From Gordius albopunctatus (taxonomy: Eukaryota): a DNA stretch of 64,000 nt. The position numbers and the translations under genes are program-made. Shown here in pieces: positions 62,932 through 64,000 of the stretch; position 1 is the first letter of the stretch, and every line of letters starts with the position of its first letter. Location of the stretch: positions 5,332,001 through 5,396,000 of the forward strand of contig OZ193910.1 in NCBI GenBank assembly GCA_964276515.1, read 5' to 3'. Under the pieces are notes generated by a model, which did no database searches, had not been told where the DNA came from, and saw only the letters and a program-made list of their open reading frames with translations.

Positions 62932-63978
62932 TAGTGCTGTAAATGAACGCGTTCATGAACGGCGTTCTTTTATTTTTTGGTGAACTTTGAACGTGAACGC
63001 GTTCCTTTTTTGATGAACGCGTTCGAATTTAACGTTCGTTCAATTTTAAAAACCCTTTTTTGTTTTTATTTATTTGAAAATTAATGTTAATCCGAGTTTT
63101 TAACAAAAAAGTATTATATTTTTTAATCAGTTGTTTTTCCTGTTTCCTATTACCAATTCCGAAATACTTTTAACATACTATAACGTGCAAAAGAAGATAA
63201 GATTAAAGTTAATTAGATTGATATTATTAATTATAGTTTAATTTATAGGTTAATATGGACAATCATAATATTATATCGTCGTCATCTTCAGATTCTGAAT
63301 ATTCAAAATCAGCGGATGAATTGAAATTGCCATGGCCAAAATATGAAAAAATATTTTCACTCGTTTCATATAAAAGATCAAATTAAATAATTAAAATGAA
63401 CCTATAAAGAATAAACTTTTAGTGTTATTGAAAAAAGGGATTGAAACCCCTAGAATTGATAATGAAATAGCTGTCAATTCCGATATATCATTTTTTGACG
63501 AGGAAGTAGAGGGCGGATTGGAGGATGATATCTTGTCGCAATTTTTTGAAGCGAGGGACAAAAAATTAAATGTTTTAAATAAATTTCCTCCTTTAATAAA
63601 TTTGTTTATTAAGTATAAAATTATCCCCTCATCTGCCCCTGTGGAGCAGGTTTTTAGTATAGCTAATGCTGTATTAACTGCCAAGCGTTCCTGCTTATCA
63701 GAAGACAATTTTGAAAAACAACTATTATTAAAAATAAATAAGAAAATAGATTATATTGATTTATAATTATATTGTCGAAATAAAACTATTATTTTTTATC
63801 ATGGCTATTTATTGTATTAAAAAATATAAGACATTTATTTATATTAAATTAAACTTTAAAAAAATTTATCATAAAATGTGAACGCGTTCCTTTTCTTTTT
63901 AGACGAACGTGAACGCGTTCGATTTTTGTCAATGAACGTTGAACGCGTTCGATTTTTTTACAAATGTTTACAGCACTA
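62932..63978 (+). mobile_element. Internally deleted hAT element
   Basis: TIR TAGTGCTGTAAA; GAACGCGTTC subterminal palindromes; N-terminal remnant near 63255 (PWPKY) and dimerization domain 63422-63766 (PSSAPVEQVFS..KRSCLSEDNFEKQLLLK); TSD not evident. Confidence 0.85.
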
Positions 63979-64000
63979 AGTTATTTACATTTATTTTATT

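Overview
AT-rich animal (metazoan) genomic DNA with very short spliceosomal introns (30-50 nt), heavily invaded by transposons; it is not prokaryotic. Host genes reconstructed by hand: a 10-exon SIX6OS1/C14orf39-like synaptonemal-complex gene (999-10637, +), a divergent 6-exon glia maturation factor gene (15585-16231, -), a 2-exon TIS11/ZFP36-family tandem CCCH gene (28724-30501, +), an intronless AASDHPPT-like phosphopantetheinyl transferase (58017-58994, +) and a convergent ACP5-like purple acid phosphatase (59150 to about 61000, -). Most notable structures: (1) an RTE LINE whose 5' end is a twister ribozyme starting at the expected self-cleavage site, whose middle is replaced by an antiparallel 28S rRNA fragment, and which is split by a hAT transposon with a 6-bp TSD; (2) a Gypsy-type integrase plus a second ORF bounded by INVERTED TG...CA repeats (Ginger-like); (3) two Mutator-like elements head-to-tail at a palindromic CGTATACG site; (4) MULE loci with tandemly amplified exon+intron cassettes; (5) an apparently exact 2736-bp tandem duplication carrying a mini-LTR element. 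All family assignments are from motif recognition by eye; no database search was run.
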